Shown here one piece after another: positions 9,202-18,975 of a stretch of 32,938 nt of DNA (position 1 is the stretch's first letter; every line of letters starts with the position of its first letter). Origin of the DNA: a virus; the UHGV virus genome UHGV-2167056. One strand, 5' to 3'. Below the pieces are notes generated by a model. It was not told the DNA's origin, did not search any database, and was given only the letters and a program-made list of their open reading frames with translations. The translations under genes were made by a program, and so were the position numbers.

Positions 9202-9681
9202 TCAATCTGATCCCGGCACTGCATCTGGTCGCCCCCGTTCAGCGACCAGCTTTCCTGCCATCGCGGAATCAAGCAGGCTTACCGCCGCCATCAGACGGGA
9301 GAGATCGCGCTCGCTGAGCTGTCCGATCTGACGCGGAGACAATGGCCCCTCAATCTGGCCAACAGCGGCAATCTGACGGCGCAGCAGTGCAATGCCGCGC
9401 AGTGCCGGCGAGGCTATCAGAACCGGGCCGCCATTTCGGGTTTCCATAAGACGCTCGGCCTCGGTTTCCGCGTCAATGCTGTCTTTCGCCGTCAGTTCGC
9501 GGAAGGTGACGCGGTATTCACGGGATTCCCCGAACGGCAGACCGTCGAGCAGATCCACATAGCCGTTCGCCAGCTGTTCAGCCAGCCCGGCGGTGCGGGG
9601 ATCGCCGTCTTCAAGTGCATCCCGGATAGCCTCCATCACGGCCTCGTCAGAAACCGCCGTTTTTTTCTTACGTGTGGTCAT
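9202..9681 (-). CDS. Tail assembly chaperone-like protein (Mu gp41 position)
   Basis: 159-aa acidic ORF between the tail tube and tape measure genes. Confidence 0.5.
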   Translation of the reverse strand: MTTRKKKTAVSDEAVMEAIRDALEDGDPRTAGLAEQLANGYVDLLDGLPFGESREYRVTFRELTAKDSIDAETEAERLMETRNGGPVLIASPALRGIALLRRQIAAVGQIEGPLSPRQIGQLSERDLSRLMAAVSLLDSAMAGKLVAERGRPDAVPGSD

Positions 9682-9695
9682 TGCATTTTTCCTGA

Positions 9696-10061
9696 TTACT
9701 GGACACGGGTACTGGTGGCGCTGGCGAACTTCGCGGAGATATCACCGCCACCGTCAAGCGAGGCCGGTTCACTGCTCCAGGCCTTCGTCATCATGTGGAC
9801 TTCACCGGTATCGGCCACGAACTCAATCGTGACCGCAGTCCAGGTGTTGATTTCATCGGCAGCCGGTGAACCTTCTCCGCCTGCCGGAAATTTACAGTCC
9901 AGCGTCGCCTCACGGGGTTTCTCACGATAGCCATAGACTTTCGCGCCTTTCACCACTTCACGCTCAAAGCCGGACGGGGAGAACGTGGCTCCCTCAAGGG
10001 TGGCGTACTCCTGTCCGTTCACACGGATGGTGGCCGTGCCCTGATGCTGTTTTCCGCTCAT
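9696..10061 (-). CDS. Tail tube protein (Mu M / gp40-like)
   Basis: 121-aa ORF directly downstream of the sheath gene. Confidence 0.75.
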   Translation of the reverse strand: MSGKQHQGTATIRVNGQEYATLEGATFSPSGFEREVVKGAKVYGYREKPREATLDCKFPAGGEGSPAADEINTWTAVTIEFVADTGEVHMMTKAWSSEPASLDGGGDISAKFASATSTRVQ

Positions 10062-10069
10062 GCCTTACC

Positions 10070-11572
10070 TCACAAAATGAAACGGATCTGCGCGGCCATG
10101 AAGCGGAACTGGTTAACCAGATCCGGTGTACACATCACATCCAGACGGTTACGGTCTTTTGTGTTGCGCTCCACGAGCAGATTCTTTTTAAAGGTGTCCA
10201 GATTTTCGACCAGCCCGAGTTCCACCCATTCTTCCCCCAGTGCAATCAGCTGGAGCGTCATAATCTCCGGCGTCACGATATTCTGACCGGGCCGGACGGG
10301 AGTACCGTTATCAGCCAGTTTATGGCGCGGAAAACGCTGCGTGATAAAGGTGCGCAGGGAATAACGCAGATATGACAGGGTGTAGATGGTTTCTACATCC
10401 AGATAGCTGGGATCGCTTTCGCCGTATGCATTCTGACGGTACATCGTCACCTGACGTTCAATCTGCACCACATCAGCGGCCGCAACGGTCACCGTGGACA
10501 TGCCGGTATAAAGCAGGCTGTTTCGCTCTTCCCGCGTCAGACGATCCGGTGCTTCAGGTGCCATACGGGCAGGCAGCGCCAGTGTCTGTAATGGTCGGGC
10601 CGGATCCGTTGACAGGGAGGGCGCACAGACCGCACAAATGGAGGCAGCCCAGACATAATCCGGCTCTGGTGCTTTAGGAATAGAAGTGCAGGTAAACAGG
10701 AAGTCATTACGGGATTCACCAAAACTGGTTGCCGTACCGAAGGTGCCGGTATGCGCCATCCAGACCATACCGTCCGACATTTTTACCGGTCCCCAGCGTT
10801 TCAGCAGTTCATCCGCCAGAATTTTGAGATTTGCCGCATCCTTATAGGGCATGACGATGTAGTTGTACTGACGATTCCCCATCCCTGAGACGCTACGGGT
10901 GATATCGGGGTTTGTTGCCTTCTGTGTTGGCGCGACGAGCTCCAGCGTAAGACCGGCCGGTGTAGTTTCACCGTCATAATAGTTCACCCGTAAATCATGA
11001 GCTGAGCATTCACCGATAAAGCGGGCGTTAACCCCCATGCTGCCTTTAAGTCCTTCAGCATTATCACCACTGACTTCAGCTGCGATAGCAGTGAATGGCG
11101 CATCAGTGTCAGCGTTAATGACCTTAGCCAGCTCTTCCACAAGCTCTTTACCTTTTTTCCCCTTACTGACGGGCAGGAGGTAACGGCGACCGCCGATGTA
11201 AACACTTAACACCCCGTCTGCCAATGCTGTTCCAATGATATTCATCACGCATGCCCTGGACTGACCTGTTCCAGCCCCCTGTGCAATGGCATATAACTCT
11301 GTGTCAGGGTTAATGGCGATAAATTCCTCTACCATCAGTGCAATCATGGAACCTCGCCCCCAGAGTTCTCTTGCTTGTGAAGCTCGGGTAATACGTACTG
11401 GTACATCAAGCTGACCGCGCCCCTGAATGGTGGTGTCTTTCATTGCAGCCTGACCAAACAACAGTACCGCCTGACGCTGTGGTGGAGTGCCGGTCACGGC
11501 CATTGAATTATTGATTTCAATCTGTACCAGCGGAATGCGATTGTTATCGCCGATATAATCAAAGTTAATCAT
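10070..11572 (-). CDS. Contractile tail sheath protein (Mu L / gp39-like)
   Basis: 500-aa ORF; size and position match the Mu sheath protein. Confidence 0.85.
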   Translation of the reverse strand: MINFDYIGDNNRIPLVQIEINNSMAVTGTPPQRQAVLLFGQAAMKDTTIQGRGQLDVPVRITRASQARELWGRGSMIALMVEEFIAINPDTELYAIAQGAGTGQSRACVMNIIGTALADGVLSVYIGGRRYLLPVSKGKKGKELVEELAKVINADTDAPFTAIAAEVSGDNAEGLKGSMGVNARFIGECSAHDLRVNYYDGETTPAGLTLELVAPTQKATNPDITRSVSGMGNRQYNYIVMPYKDAANLKILADELLKRWGPVKMSDGMVWMAHTGTFGTATSFGESRNDFLFTCTSIPKAPEPDYVWAASICAVCAPSLSTDPARPLQTLALPARMAPEAPDRLTREERNSLLYTGMSTVTVAAADVVQIERQVTMYRQNAYGESDPSYLDVETIYTLSYLRYSLRTFITQRFPRHKLADNGTPVRPGQNIVTPEIMTLQLIALGEEWVELGLVENLDTFKKNLLVERNTKDRNRLDVMCTPDLVNQFRFMAAQIRFIL

Positions 11573-11850
11573 CAGGACGTCCCCTTATCTGATGCTGCGG
11601 TTTTTTCAGCCACCGCCGCAGTTTTTTCTGCTGCCGCTCCCGCTGGTTTTGCCGCCGCGCCGGTATTACCTGTTGTGGCAGCCGGGGCAGGCTCCTCCGT
11701 TTTATCCACCACAATGACGTCACCATCATTAAGACGGCGGCACCAGAACGGAGTGAAGGGTTTCTCTTCACCGTCCTGTGAGAGCGGAGTCATCGTGTCG
11801 GGATCGCGAATCAGGCATCCCGGCGCAGGTTTAATAAAAATGGTTGTCAT
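11572..11850 (-). CDS. Hypothetical protein, Mu gp38 position (DUF2635-like)
   Basis: 92-aa ORF with an Ala/Lys-rich C-terminal tail; translationally coupled to the sheath gene. Confidence 0.5.
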   Translation of the reverse strand: MTTIFIKPAPGCLIRDPDTMTPLSQDGEEKPFTPFWCRRLNDGDVIVVDKTEEPAPAATTGNTGAAAKPAGAAAEKTAAVAEKTAASDKGTS

Positions 11851-11853
11851 CTG

Positions 11854-12417
11854 TTATTCCTCTGACGGTCCGGCGTTTTCACCGGCGGCAGTTGCACCAG
11901 GCAGACGGATGTGTGCCTTAAACTCCGGCGTGCCTTCCGGTTCGGTAAAGGTTTCGTAATGGCGCAGGAAATCATCCAGCGAGCTGATATCCGTCAGCGG
12001 GTCGATCATTTCCTCGCATGAGAAATACAGGGCGTACATCACGGCACCGCTGCCTGCCTGCGTTTCGGTGTAACCGTTGACCGCCTTTTCAAAGTAAAGC
12101 GGTGAGGTTTTTTCTGCTCTGAAGCCGTCCAGCAAGGTAATCAGGCGGGCCACAATCTGATAAAGCCCGGGACGGCTGACCTCACGGCCATTGAGCATGT
12201 CGCCGATGACGTAGAACACCCAGTGACTGACCAGACGCCCACGGGTACGCCCTTCACCGGCACCCAGCCAGGCAACATAGATAGCCGGGGCGTTAATCAG
12301 CATGGTACGCAGTACGCTGTCGCTCCAGTCGCCGGGATGTGTGTCAACAGACACCAGTTCATTCCCGAAATACTCACGGATACGGGCGATGTACGCTTGC
12401 TCGGTTTCCGTAATCAT
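11854..12417 (-). CDS. Virion morphogenesis / neck protein, Mu gp37-like
   Basis: 187-aa ORF in the head-tail joining block. Confidence 0.55.
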   Translation of the reverse strand: MITETEQAYIARIREYFGNELVSVDTHPGDWSDSVLRTMLINAPAIYVAWLGAGEGRTRGRLVSHWVFYVIGDMLNGREVSRPGLYQIVARLITLLDGFRAEKTSPLYFEKAVNGYTETQAGSGAVMYALYFSCEEMIDPLTDISSLDDFLRHYETFTEPEGTPEFKAHIRLPGATAAGENAGPSEE

Positions 12418-12833
12418 ATAAAGCCCTTCTGGTTGCGCCCGAACACCGCCGCATCAGACTGCACCTGCGGTAAATCCCCGGATTCAGGGGCCGCACCGTC
12501 TGTATCCACGCCGACCGGCACGTTACCGTTCATGACATCTTTCAGCCAGGCCAGCGCCTCACGGTAACGGTCACGCGCCTGATCGGATGCCCGCTGATCG
12601 CACAGGTAATAAAAGGCAATCGTGCAGCAATGCTGAACAAGGACCGCCGGAACCACCGCCAGCGGCAGCGTGTAACGGGCAGACAGGTAACTGTCGATAA
12701 GGGCAGACGCGTCCGTCAGTGCCCGGTTCAGCTTGCGTGTGTCCGGCTCATCCGAACGGGGCACGGCCAGTAATGGCCTGAGCAAATCCTCGCGGTAACG
12801 TGCCCGCATATCGGTTTCGGTGGCGTAATTCAT
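12414..12833 (-). CDS. Head-tail connector protein, Mu gp36-like (DUF1320)
   Basis: 139-aa ORF, 4-nt overlap with the downstream gene. Confidence 0.55.
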   Translation of the reverse strand: MNYATETDMRARYREDLLRPLLAVPRSDEPDTRKLNRALTDASALIDSYLSARYTLPLAVVPAVLVQHCCTIAFYYLCDQRASDQARDRYREALAWLKDVMNGNVPVGVDTDGAAPESGDLPQVQSDAAVFGRNQKGFI

Positions 12834-13183
12834 GCGCGAGCCTTTTTCGCCTGTCTGGCGTTATTGCCGGTCTTTTTCCGGGGAGCATCCTGTCCGGCTT
12901 CGGCTAAATCTGCACCGGTCTCTGCATGAACCACACCCGCCACGGCTCCCGCATCATCACCAGGCGTCTGTAGTATTCGTACAGTGAGGCATGGCTCCGC
13001 TTCCAGTCGGGCAAGCTGCTCCGGGGTGACGTCAACCTGCTGGCGTCCCCGCATGAACAGGAACCCCGCACGACGAAACTGCGCACGACTGCAACGCACT
13101 TCTGCCAGTACCGTGACAGGACTGTCACCACTGACCTGAAGGCCTGAATCATCTGTTGCTGCCACAGTGTGATGTTCATTCAT
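12830..13183 (-). CDS. Hypothetical head protein, Mu gp35 (J) position
   Basis: 117-aa ORF between the major head gene and the gp36-like gene. The overlapping alternative ORF 12904..13179 has W/R-rich off-frame composition, so this frame was preferred. Confidence 0.45.
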   Translation of the reverse strand: MNEHHTVAATDDSGLQVSGDSPVTVLAEVRCSRAQFRRAGFLFMRGRQQVDVTPEQLARLEAEPCLTVRILQTPGDDAGAVAGVVHAETGADLAEAGQDAPRKKTGNNARQAKKARA

Positions 13184-13226
13184 ATTTGCCCTCCGCAGGG
13201 GCCGGGCCGTAAGCCCGGCTCACCGT

Positions 13227-14174
13227 TTACAGATAATCCGCGACAACCAGCTCCAGCTTGCCCTTCATCTCGTTAGAGACGGTGGTGTTACCGTCCGCGA
13301 ACAGCTCGCGCTCCAGCAGCTGCACCGCCTGTTTTTCCAGCGAGGTGGGGACAACAATATGGGTGGGTTTGATGCCGAGTTTGCGGCCACCGTCAGCCTT
13401 AAAGTCACGCATGGCTGACCAGCCGTGCCACAGCGCATCCAGCGTCAGCGGTGACTGCATCATGTAGGCCATCTGCCAGAAGCCGTAGCCCACATTGCGA
13501 CGGGCGGAAGCACCGAACACAAACTCGTTATCAGTAAACGCACGGCCTTCATCGACTTTTGTCTGGGCAACCAGTTCGGCCTTGCGGCGATCCTGATAAA
13601 TCAGCGGTTTTACCGCGCGGGAGCAGTCAAGCAGATACCAGGCCGGGCCGCTGTAATCCGCCTGTGCACCGACAGAGCCGGTTTTTGCCACAAACATATT
13701 GCTGACCATCTGTGCATCACCGGAGCCATCCACTTTGGGGTAAACAGGGTGTTCGGTATCAAAGAAGTTCTGGCCGTCATAGCAGGCCGCATTCAGACCA
13801 TCACGCAGTGCAGCAAAGACCAGTTCATCCGGTTGTGCCGCCGCAGCGCGCCCCATCTCCTGGAACAACGGGGAGTAGATGCCAAGATTGTCGTCTTCAA
13901 AGTCATCGCGGCTAATGGCAACGGTGCCTTCAAAGGTTTTGTTCACGATGGCGTAGCCATAGGCTTTCATCTTCTCGATGACGCGGGAGCCGATCCACTC
14001 ACGGAACTGCGGGAACTGCCCCAGCCAGCCGTAGGTGTTGGATTTCGACGTGGACGGTACGGTCATCGCAATTTTCTGGTACTGAGACGGAGCCATGGAC
14101 ATCCCGGCCTGAAAATCAGAACGGTAGCCCGTCATCAGGGCGGTGATCATCGCCGGTGTGATCGGGGTAGGCAT
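13227..14174 (-). CDS. Major head subunit (Mu T / gp34-like)
   Basis: 315-aa ORF immediately after the protease/scaffold gene. Confidence 0.85.
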   Translation of the reverse strand: MPTPITPAMITALMTGYRSDFQAGMSMAPSQYQKIAMTVPSTSKSNTYGWLGQFPQFREWIGSRVIEKMKAYGYAIVNKTFEGTVAISRDDFEDDNLGIYSPLFQEMGRAAAAQPDELVFAALRDGLNAACYDGQNFFDTEHPVYPKVDGSGDAQMVSNMFVAKTGSVGAQADYSGPAWYLLDCSRAVKPLIYQDRRKAELVAQTKVDEGRAFTDNEFVFGASARRNVGYGFWQMAYMMQSPLTLDALWHGWSAMRDFKADGGRKLGIKPTHIVVPTSLEKQAVQLLERELFADGNTTVSNEMKGKLELVVADYL

Positions 14175-15298
14175 TATTGCATTTCCTCTTTCATTTTCAG
14201 GAACTCGGCTTCGGTTTTACCCAGCAGATGGGCGGCGGCGATATCTTCAGCCGACAGCGCAGCGGTGGCGGTCTTTTTATCCGGCACGGTTACGGTGTCG
14301 GTCTGAAGAGTGGTCAGAGCCGCAACCGGCTGGCGGGCGTCAAGCTGTGCAGAAAGTGCCGCAACACCAATCTGTTGTCCGAGTCCTTCCATGTATCCGC
14401 GTTCGCTTTTGAAAATGCGTCCTTCGGACTCGGCCTTATCCAGCAACTGCTCCAGCGTGGTGCTGCCGTGTTGTGCCGACAACGCGACATATTCGGTACG
14501 CAGGGCGTTATACGTCTCAACGGGCACGTATTTCGTCAGATCAATAGTGCCGCCAGTTGGTGTGCCTTTTGCGGTTTCCAGCTCTGCCGACAGGCTGGCA
14601 ACCTGCGTTTTCAGGGTGTCGTGCGCATCCGCACGGGTTTTGATCCCGGTAAGGGCAGACAGCGCCGCCGTGCCCAGTTCCGGTGTAAATTCGTCACCGT
14701 CGGCCACGGTCAGACCGAGCGCCGTCAGCAACTGGCGTAATTGCTCATTCATGGAGGTGTCCTTTAAAGGAGGGTTTAAGGCGTTATAAAGGTCATCCGC
14801 CGACAGTGCGGCGACAGGATTCATGCCAGTCAGACCGGGGTCACCGGTAATAGCCAGCATCCGAAGCTCAACAGGTTCACCGGTGATTTCGTCATAACCA
14901 ATCACCGGGGAAAACCAGGGAAATTCGTTATTGCGCAGGTGTTCAATGGCCGGAGGGTTCCAGTCCGGACGCACTTCAAAACCCCGCTCTTCACTGAAGC
15001 GGAAGTTTTCCGGTGAGGCCATGACAAAACCGGCAGCCGGTGCCGGATGCCCCTTAATCAGGGTCTGGTGGTTGTAGTCAATTTTTACCGGCTGATTGAG
15101 CGCCACAACCCGGGATACCATGCGCTCAACGGCCGCATGGTTAATCAGCCAGCCTTCCGCCGGTTTTTCCGGGCGACCGTCACGGGCCTTTACCCGACCG
15201 GCTGGCATGATCTGACACCAGTCACCGTCCCCGTCTGCGGACAGGCTGATGGCATTCAGAATGGCATAAGCAAGTTTGGGCGTGTTTTTCGTCTTCAT
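14174..15298 (-). CDS. Head maturation protease / scaffold (Mu I / gp32-like, with Z-like C-terminal region)
   Basis: 374-aa ORF with an Ala-rich coiled C-terminal half; 1-nt overlap with the major head gene. Confidence 0.8.
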   Translation of the reverse strand: MKTKNTPKLAYAILNAISLSADGDGDWCQIMPAGRVKARDGRPEKPAEGWLINHAAVERMVSRVVALNQPVKIDYNHQTLIKGHPAPAAGFVMASPENFRFSEERGFEVRPDWNPPAIEHLRNNEFPWFSPVIGYDEITGEPVELRMLAITGDPGLTGMNPVAALSADDLYNALNPPLKDTSMNEQLRQLLTALGLTVADGDEFTPELGTAALSALTGIKTRADAHDTLKTQVASLSAELETAKGTPTGGTIDLTKYVPVETYNALRTEYVALSAQHGSTTLEQLLDKAESEGRIFKSERGYMEGLGQQIGVAALSAQLDARQPVAALTTLQTDTVTVPDKKTATAALSAEDIAAAHLLGKTEAEFLKMKEEMQ

Positions 15299-15475
15299 TC
15301 CGGCAGCATAAGCCGGTGTTTTTCGGGGCCGGTTTTGCGGGACTTCAGAAAGTGCTGACAGGGGAAAAATGAGAAAGGCGCTTCACGCAGATTTTAAAGC
15401 CCGTTAAATACAGGTTAGAAAATCACGACACGCGCCTGAAGAGGGTAAGGCAATGCGTTTGTATACCTTAAACCA
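15299..15475 (-). promoter_or_regulatory. Candidate activator-dependent late promoter (PI-like) in the G-I intergenic gap
   Basis: 177-nt non-coding gap in an otherwise tightly packed operon, at the position of the Mu PI late promoter. Contains TTTTTCCC on the coding strand, the same motif seen upstream of the endolysin gene. Confidence 0.35.
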
Positions 15476-15949
15476 TTACGGCGTTTCTGTGGCCTTTTTA
15501 AAGCGTTTTCTGATTTCGTCCATGATCTCCTGTTCTGCCACCTGATCAAAGCCCATATACGGACGTGCGCCAATGGCCGCCGGTCCCGGTGGCATACCAG
15601 GCAGGCCACCCCACTGATGAATGGCCGCATAAGGTTCATTTGATCCAATCAGCGCCCAGGTATCGCCATAATCCGTGGTCAGGCGGCGGGCCAGATCGCC
15701 GTTCAGTGTCAGGATTTTTCCGGGCGTGTATCCCTTACGGGTACGCCACTTGCGGTAAGGATCTGACCAGTCATGCCAGCGTTCGCCGTCCGGCTCTTTT
15801 TCCTGTTCAAACGCCATTTCTGACGATGACAGAAGACTCTCCGCCACACTGCGGGCCAGGTCTTTTCCGCCGCCCACAAACTGAAGCCGGGCAAACACCC
15901 GCTGGAGACGCGTAACGTCAACAACGACAGCGGCATCAATGGATGACAT
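15476..15949 (-). CDS. Virion morphogenesis protein (Mu G / gp31-like)
   Basis: 157-aa ORF after the F-like gene. Confidence 0.7.
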   Translation of the reverse strand: MSSIDAAVVVDVTRLQRVFARLQFVGGGKDLARSVAESLLSSSEMAFEQEKEPDGERWHDWSDPYRKWRTRKGYTPGKILTLNGDLARRLTTDYGDTWALIGSNEPYAAIHQWGGLPGMPPGPAAIGARPYMGFDQVAEQEIMDEIRKRFKKATETP

Positions 15950-16070
15950 ATTGCCTCCGCATAAAGGATGAATATAAAATAAACAGGCGGTCAGTGTACG
16001 CTTAACTGGTAAAGTCGGTGCCTGCCTCCGGGTGGATCATGTATGCGGGTTCGACCCCCGCCACTGACCG

Positions 16071-17402
16071 TTAATCAATTTGTCCTTCCAGCACCTCAAG
16101 CATTCCGCCCCGGATATCCGATTTCAGCTTATCCATATTGATAACCCGGTAAGCATTCACAATCACATCCAGTTTGTCGGGCTGACGTTTCAGACTGTAC
16201 GGTGCATTAACGGCAATCTGCACACTGCCATCCTTATTTTCCACGATATACATCAGATTTTTGTGCCGTTTGTCCCACAGCACCGCTTTTGGCTTTGCCA
16301 GCATTGCCGGTAAGCGCCCGAAGTCCTCTGGCATCAGGGCGATGCCGTCATTCTGATGTTTCACACTGTCTGCATGGAGCACATTTTTACCGCTCATCGC
16401 CAGCAGGCGGGCCGGTGGCGTTCCCGTCCGGCTTTCCACTGCCTGCGCAATGCTTTCAGTCATAAAGCCCAGCGTGCGGATATCGTTACCACCTCGCCGG
16501 GTCTGCATGATGTTTTTTGCCCAGATGCGGAACGCCAGCTGCCGCTCCGGGCTGTTGTTCATCTCCTGAACCACCATTTCCCGTAACGCCGGGCTTTTCA
16601 CCTCGATCAGTTTGCGGATCAGCGCCTGGTCTGTGCCGAACGCTGCCGAGCCGGGGTTATATGACCAGCCCACATCCGGTGTCATGGTTCTGGTGCCATC
16701 TGAATATGTGGTCACCGGCATTTCTCTGACTTCTCCGGTCTGTTTATCCACGCCAGCCTCAACATTGCGGGTGGAGAGATGATCCTCACCGGATGAAACG
16801 GATAACCCCATTGCATCCAGACGAGCCTGAGACAATGGCCGCACACGGCAGCGGCAGTTCCAGCCATTAGGTGGGTAGTGTGTTTTCCAGAACGGATCGT
16901 CATAGCGGAATACCAGACCGTTAAGGGCGGAATGCGACGGGCGGGTACGGCTGTCCATGACCGCCACATACTGCCAGAACGGATGCGTGTCCGTGTTGTT
17001 CATCATCTGCGTGTAACGCCCGGCATTGTAAGCCACCCGGGTGTTCACGTTGTAAATCAGCGCCAGACGACGGGGACTGCCCAGTTGCACTTCTTCCGCG
17101 TTACCGTCGCTGTCCACCACAATCTGCTTTCCCCACCATCCCAGCTTTTGCAGGCGTGGCGTCAGCGTGCGGATAAATGCTTTCTGTGAAATTCCCTCAT
17201 CAATGGCCCGCTGCACTTCGGCCTGTAACGTGGTCACCACATCCAGGCGTGCCGCTTTTGCTGCCGTGAATGAGCGGGCATGAACATCCGCGGCTGTTTC
17301 GAACCAGTTCCAGCTGATATGCGCCCCTTTGACACGGAAGTATGCTACCGCCTCTTTTGAGGGAAGCGTGGCGGCATAACCTAAATCAATCCCCTGTGTC
17401 AT
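16071..17402 (-). CDS. Head morphogenesis protein (Mu F / gp30-like minor head protein)
   Basis: 443-aa ORF overlapping the portal gene end. Confidence 0.8.
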   Translation of the reverse strand: MTQGIDLGYAATLPSKEAVAYFRVKGAHISWNWFETAADVHARSFTAAKAARLDVVTTLQAEVQRAIDEGISQKAFIRTLTPRLQKLGWWGKQIVVDSDGNAEEVQLGSPRRLALIYNVNTRVAYNAGRYTQMMNNTDTHPFWQYVAVMDSRTRPSHSALNGLVFRYDDPFWKTHYPPNGWNCRCRVRPLSQARLDAMGLSVSSGEDHLSTRNVEAGVDKQTGEVREMPVTTYSDGTRTMTPDVGWSYNPGSAAFGTDQALIRKLIEVKSPALREMVVQEMNNSPERQLAFRIWAKNIMQTRRGGNDIRTLGFMTESIAQAVESRTGTPPARLLAMSGKNVLHADSVKHQNDGIALMPEDFGRLPAMLAKPKAVLWDKRHKNLMYIVENKDGSVQIAVNAPYSLKRQPDKLDVIVNAYRVINMDKLKSDIRGGMLEVLEGQID

Positions 17403-18975
17403 CCAGCATCCCCTTCATTTCCGCAGCAAACATGGCATCACTGAGCAGCGTCATCAGGCGGGAATCATCCATTTCACGATAAAGGGCAGGCAGGTCTGCC
17501 AGCGCATCCGCCAGCCCCCGCGTTCTGATGGCATCAATGACCGGCTCCAGTACCGGGTCGATGGCCTCCTGTAAGCGGCGGGCAGGCACCGCGTCCCCCA
17601 TATCATCCAGTTCATCACGCGGCGTGCTTTTCGCTTCCGGCAGTCTGGCTGACAGCGCCGTCTGCTCTGTTTTTTCCTGTTTTTCCGGTGGTGTTTCCCT
17701 GTCGGTCTGAGCCGGTTCATTGCCACTCTGACGGACACGGAATATGGCTTCACCGGGCGTGGGCTGCGGAATACCGGTCTGCTCACGTATCCAGGGATCA
17801 GAAATATCCATCCCCGTACTGAGCTGCATCACCGCACTGGTGATTTTGGTGATATCACCTGGTTCTTTTGTCTGGAAGCAGATACGTGGCAGACGGCGGA
17901 TATCAATAGTGTGCGTGGTGTTCAGGGCGTACAGCGGATACACCAGATCGCGGTTCAGGGTTGCAGCCAGCTGTCGTAAATCAGAATCCCTGATTTCCCG
18001 GCGCACCTCGTTATGTACCTCACCCAGTGAGCGCGCGCCTTTGTCTCCGGCTTCCGTGGTCAGCGTGCCGCCGAGTATTGCTTTGGAGATGGAACGCTCC
18101 CCCCACGAAATCATGGTTTCAAACGGATCGGCCTGACCGTTCGCTGCCGCCTGAAACTCCAGCGACATCCCGGCCGGGATGATCCCGCCTGTACGTCGCC
18201 CGATATCCATCACCGCCCGCATCAGGGCACTTTTCTGCTCCGGTGTTGCCCCGGACGGGTATTTCCCGACCTTCATCGGCAGGCCGTACACCTCCAGAAA
18301 TTCCGCCAGATCGCGCACGGAATAGTTTTTGAAAATGAACGGCCAGATAAGCGTCCGGACAAGCCCGGTTGCACCACCGTAACCGGTGCGTGAACGCGAC
18401 TGATGCACTATCCAGCCAAAGGGCTGAAACGCCACCCCGGAATGGCTGCCGTCACGCAGCCGCAGTTCGCTCAAATCATCCGGGTTAAGGCAGAAATGCC
18501 CGCTGTCACGCCAGCGGATGGCGCGGATGATGTGCATTTTACCGAGCATCCCGTGCTCAATTTCCATGCAGGAATAGCCCTTCAGGATGGCATCCGTGGC
18601 GTCAAACAGCATGGCATCAAACCAGTCTGCGGAATGCAGATATTCGTCGAGCATTTCCGCGTCCTTTTTCTCATTCGCGCTGGCGTTCGGTGGCGGCTCA
18701 ATACTCCATGGCACCCCCTGAATGGCAAGACGTCGCTTGCCCAGCTCCGCAAAAAGGTGGGTGTCCTTTTCTTCAATATCAGCGGCCAGATCGGACTGGG
18801 CAATCAGATCGCCACGTTCAGCCCCGCGAAGGCACTGCGCCGCCCGGTTCGGGGTGATACCCGAAGCCGGATGTTCAATATAACGGCTGGCAATCTGCGG
18901 AATATCCAGCGCGGCACTCTGCATCTCCGGGTCAAAGGAGAAAGGTTTTCCGTCAGTATCAATGATGCGTCCCAC
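17386..18975 (-). CDS. Portal protein (Mu H / gp29-like, DUF935)
   Basis: 529-aa ORF immediately after the large terminase gene. Confidence 0.8.
   Translation of the reverse strand: MGRIIDTDGKPFSFDPEMQSAALDIPQIASRYIEHPASGITPNRAAQCLRGAERGDLIAQSDLAADIEEKDTHLFAELGKRRLAIQGVPWSIEPPPNASANEKKDAEMLDEYLHSADWFDAMLFDATDAILKGYSCMEIEHGMLGKMHIIRAIRWRDSGHFCLNPDDLSELRLRDGSHSGVAFQPFGWIVHQSRSRTGYGGATGLVRTLIWPFIFKNYSVRDLAEFLEVYGLPMKVGKYPSGATPEQKSALMRAVMDIGRRTGGIIPAGMSLEFQAAANGQADPFETMISWGERSISKAILGGTLTTEAGDKGARSLGEVHNEVRREIRDSDLRQLAATLNRDLVYPLYALNTTHTIDIRRLPRICFQTKEPGDITKITSAVMQLSTGMDISDPWIREQTGIPQPTPGEAIFRVRQSGNEPAQTDRETPPEKQEKTEQTALSARLPEAKSTPRDELDDMGDAVPARRLQEAIDPVLEPVIDAIRTRGLADALADLPALYREMDDSRLMTLLSDAMFAAEMKGMLDDTGD

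Noticed and set aside
12904-13179. Alternative 91-aa minus-strand ORF overlapping the gp35-position gene
   Set aside because: Trp/Arg-rich composition typical of an off-frame; the 12830..13183 frame gives a more protein-like sequence and proper coupling to neighbours.
15989-16070. tRNA-like motif in the F-G intergenic region: GCGGG-TTCGACC-CCCGC looks like a T-arm, flanked by an 8-bp long-range pairing GGTCAGTG/CACTGACC that could be an acceptor stem
   Set aside because: I could not fold the intervening sequence into D and anticodon arms; there is an extra nucleotide between the T-stem and acceptor strand, no conserved U8 and no CCA context; and it is on the strand opposite to phage transcription. 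More likely a coincidental or structural hairpin; a covariance-model tRNA scan would settle it.
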